From NCBI RefSeq assembly GCF_964204645.1, contig NC_134027.1, positions 27,242,560 to 27,306,559 of the forward strand: a stretch of DNA of 64,000 nt, in the 5' to 3' direction. The notes beneath the pieces are model-generated. The model worked only from the letters and a program-made list of their open reading frames with translations, was not told the DNA's origin and searched no databases. The DNA comes from Tubulanus polymorphus. Taxonomy: Eukaryota; Animalia; Nemertea. The first letter of the stretch is position 1, and each line of letters starts with the position of its first letter. Both the position numbers and the translations under genes were made by a program. This document shows, piece after piece, positions 61,501 to 64,000 of this stretch.

Positions 61501-63090
61501 TTTTAGCTTAGAATTTCAGTTACAACATTTGAAATGAGTGTTTTTCTTTAAATAAATGTTTTTCTTTGACAATTGTTTCAATATCACCAGCACGCAACAG
61601 AAAATCCAGCATCGCGAATAACGAACAACAAATTTAAATCACAAATCGTTTTTTATTTTAATATCGTAAAAATTTACATGCTTTCAGAAAATTGTAAAGA
61701 ATTCTGAAATGGTTGTTATTTTATTGATTATTTATTGTTTGTCAAGTGAAATAACACAAATAAAACTGATAATTTAATGAGAACGATAGACTTTATCAGA
61801 GTTCTTTATATTATTCGTGAATATGAACTAAAATGTCGATTTGGAAGAGACTATAGCCGGCTGGTTTTGAATTTCGACATTGCTAACACCAAACTGACCA
61901 GACAAACATTCTCCGGGTCACTACAACAACTGGTGGAATGGTTAGATCTCTGAACTGACAGACATGGTTCTGGTTTAAGGAGAGTGTGACAAAAGAACTT
62001 GAAATATTGAAATCCAGGAAGAAAGACACTAAATATTTGGATGGATATATGAAAGCTGTGGGTACTGGAGTGTTTAATGGGTAGTGTAGTGTGATCTGTG
62101 TGCATTTGTGGCCAGCACACAGATCACATTGTTCATTGGGGTTTAGTCCAGGACTCGCGAGATTATCAACAACACGGAAGTAACGTGTAATAAATGATGA
62201 CTTGAATTGCATGACTACCTACCACCCCTCATTATTGTTGGAAAACTAAACGTTCCGCACTGACTCAAAACATAGAACTATTCCGTTATAGTTCTATGCT
62301 CAAAATTAGTAATAACATTTTAGAAATGGCCAGAATTTTAACTTAGGTTCTATCTCATTTTTATTTTACAATTGCGATTGGTATAATTTTTTTTAAACGG
62401 CCGTTAAGGCTTCATGTTTCGTCTGCAATTCACTGCAAATAGTTACGCAACTACGCACATTTCAGTGTTTTTGGCAGCTGTACACTCAATCGGCACCGTT
62501 CGTGACTAGCTTCACTGCGGAATTATCATTAATTAACATCGCCATATCACATCATCAACTTATATTGTGCCTTAAAACCCTAACAGCCGAAATAATTGAA
62601 ATGCACACACGATTTCTATCATTGAAAATTGAGAGAGTGGCCATGTTTGTGTTCTGCTGCTTCGCGTAAATCCCACGCGGTGGCGCCACCGCGCGGAGTG
62701 AAGCCGATACGTCGAGTTGAATAAAATTTCTTTTTATAAAGACTCATCATCAATTTATTTGATTTAATGAATCAATTTGATACCGCGTTAAATTCAAAGA
62801 TCGATCAGGACAAATCAAATTTGACTCGGCCACGATACGATTTTAGATAAAAGTAATTCTGATTTTGGCAGGATAAATTCGCCTCTACTATTTTCATATA
62901 CAAATCTATTCTATTGGAGGCAGTGAATAAAAACTATTTCAGAAAGTTTCTTGCATGACAATTTCCTGCACAGTGTAGATGGGTGTTACCCTGTAGATAG
63001 ATGATTACAGACTAGCATTATTGTACCATTGAAGAGAGTTGAACGCGGTCTGAAGTATATCTTGTTATTTCACTGGGAGCTGATTGCTAC

Positions 63091-63143
<53 letters not shown>

Positions 63144-63150
63144 ATGAAAT

Positions 63151-64000
63151 ATGAATTTTACATCTCAACTCACATCCACCACCACGACTGAGTCTCTACG
63201 ATGTGTTTATCCGCCAGAACGATGGGACCTTATGTTAAGCGTTGACCTTTACGAATACGGATATTCAACAGCTTCAATTCTAGGAATGATGCTAAACTGT
63301 GTTTCTATTGTTATATTCAGAAGGATCGGTCGCTCCACTTATCGAACTATTATAATTCTTGCCTGGTTTGATTTACTGTTTCTTGTTTCAGTGTTTCTTC
63401 TCTATCCGTTTCGTATAATTGTAATCGATATCAGCAGAACCACTGACCTTAGACCGCTCGGGCGTTACGATGATTGGTATTTTGGACACGAAATTATAAT
63501 ATGGGCGCTACCATTATTCTATACATTCCAAACTGCCAGAAATTGGGCCGTTGTGATTGTAAATTTTGAAAGACTTCTGGTTGTCGCGAGTCCGCTGTAT
63601 TTCAGACGATTCTGGAACAAAAAACAAATTATTTTTCTTTCCTTTTTTAACGTCTTTTGTTCTGCAGTTTCTTACTGGCCATATTATTTTCCACTCCGTT
63701 TACCCGGAAGGGCCACACATCCTTGTGTTCGGGGATTTTTCACAATGGGAGCTTTTGGAGCCACAACAACAAGAACTCCGTTTGATTATAATTACGATTA
63801 CGCGTACAACTTCACTTTTATAAGCTACATGTTCATGACTGTAATTGTTCCTTTTAGTGTCTTGATAGCATTAAATCTGACTTTGTTTGGAGTCATGATA
63901 TTAAGAAAACGAAATCAAAAGAAACAATTTCACACGGACACAGCGGCGACCAGTGAGAAAACTCAAAATACATCCGCTGAATTGAAAATATTAAGAATGG
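63151..64000 (+). CDS. Second copy (paralog) of the class A GPCR at 45125; runs off the window end
   Basis: The open frame from the ATG at 63151 reads MNFTSQLTSTTTTESLRCVYPPERWDL...LAWFDLLFLVSVFLLYP...NFERLLVVASPLYFRRFW...AELKILRM. It is absent from the ORF track because no stop falls inside the window. Confidence 0.92.
   Translation, partial: MNFTSQLTSTTTTESLRCVYPPERWDLMLSVDLYEYGYSTASILGMMLNCVSIVIFRRIGRSTYRTIIILAWFDLLFLVSVFLLYPFRIIVIDISRTTDLRPLGRYDDWYFGHEIIIWALPLFYTFQTARNWAVVIVNFERLLVVASPLYFRRFWNKKQIIFLSFFNVFCSAVSYWPYYFPLRLPGRATHPCVRGFFTMGAFGATTTRTPFDYNYDYAYNFTFISYMFMTVIVPFSVLIALNLTLFGVMILRKRNQKKQFHTDTAATSEKTQNTSAELKILRM

Noticed and set aside
61851-62212. Overlapping minus-strand ORFs and a coding-looking + frame (FKESVTKELEILKSRKKDTKYLDGYMKAVG)
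   Set aside because: They are short or interrupted by stops, with no recognisable family and no convincing exon chain. An unidentified fragment cannot be excluded without BLASTX.

Overview
AT-rich, intron-rich animal genomic DNA, probably from an invertebrate (a lophotrochozoan is plausible but cannot be proven from the sequence). It is not prokaryotic, and most short ORFs in the track are exon fragments or repeat artefacts. Eight protein-coding genes can be reconstructed: the 3' part of a DUSP6/7 (MKP3) MAP-kinase phosphatase (+), USP19 (-), EDC4/Ge-1 (-), a single-exon rhodopsin-class GPCR (+), an ANKRD60-like ubiquitin-like/ankyrin protein with a long acidic repeat N-terminus (-), a MARVEL/CMTM-like protein (+), an AADAC/NCEH1-like carboxylesterase (+), and a second, truncated copy of the GPCR (+). 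Introns carry many MITEs (PIF/Harbinger-like with CWG TSD, piggyBac-like with TTAA, Mutator-like with 9-bp TSD, Tc1/mariner-like) and minisatellites. The most notable hidden features are: (1) minimal type I hammerhead ribozyme motifs of the Penelope/retrozyme kind, one with an intact core at 52089-52131 plus a family arranged as tandem and inverted copies; (2) two U12-type (minor spliceosome) introns in EDC4; (3) oppositely oriented MITE arrays bracketing a frame-preserving exon pair of USP19; (4) a recent GPCR duplication diverging mainly in extracellular segments. Coordinates were counted by hand and may be off by a few bases. All homology calls are from remembered family motifs, not database searches.
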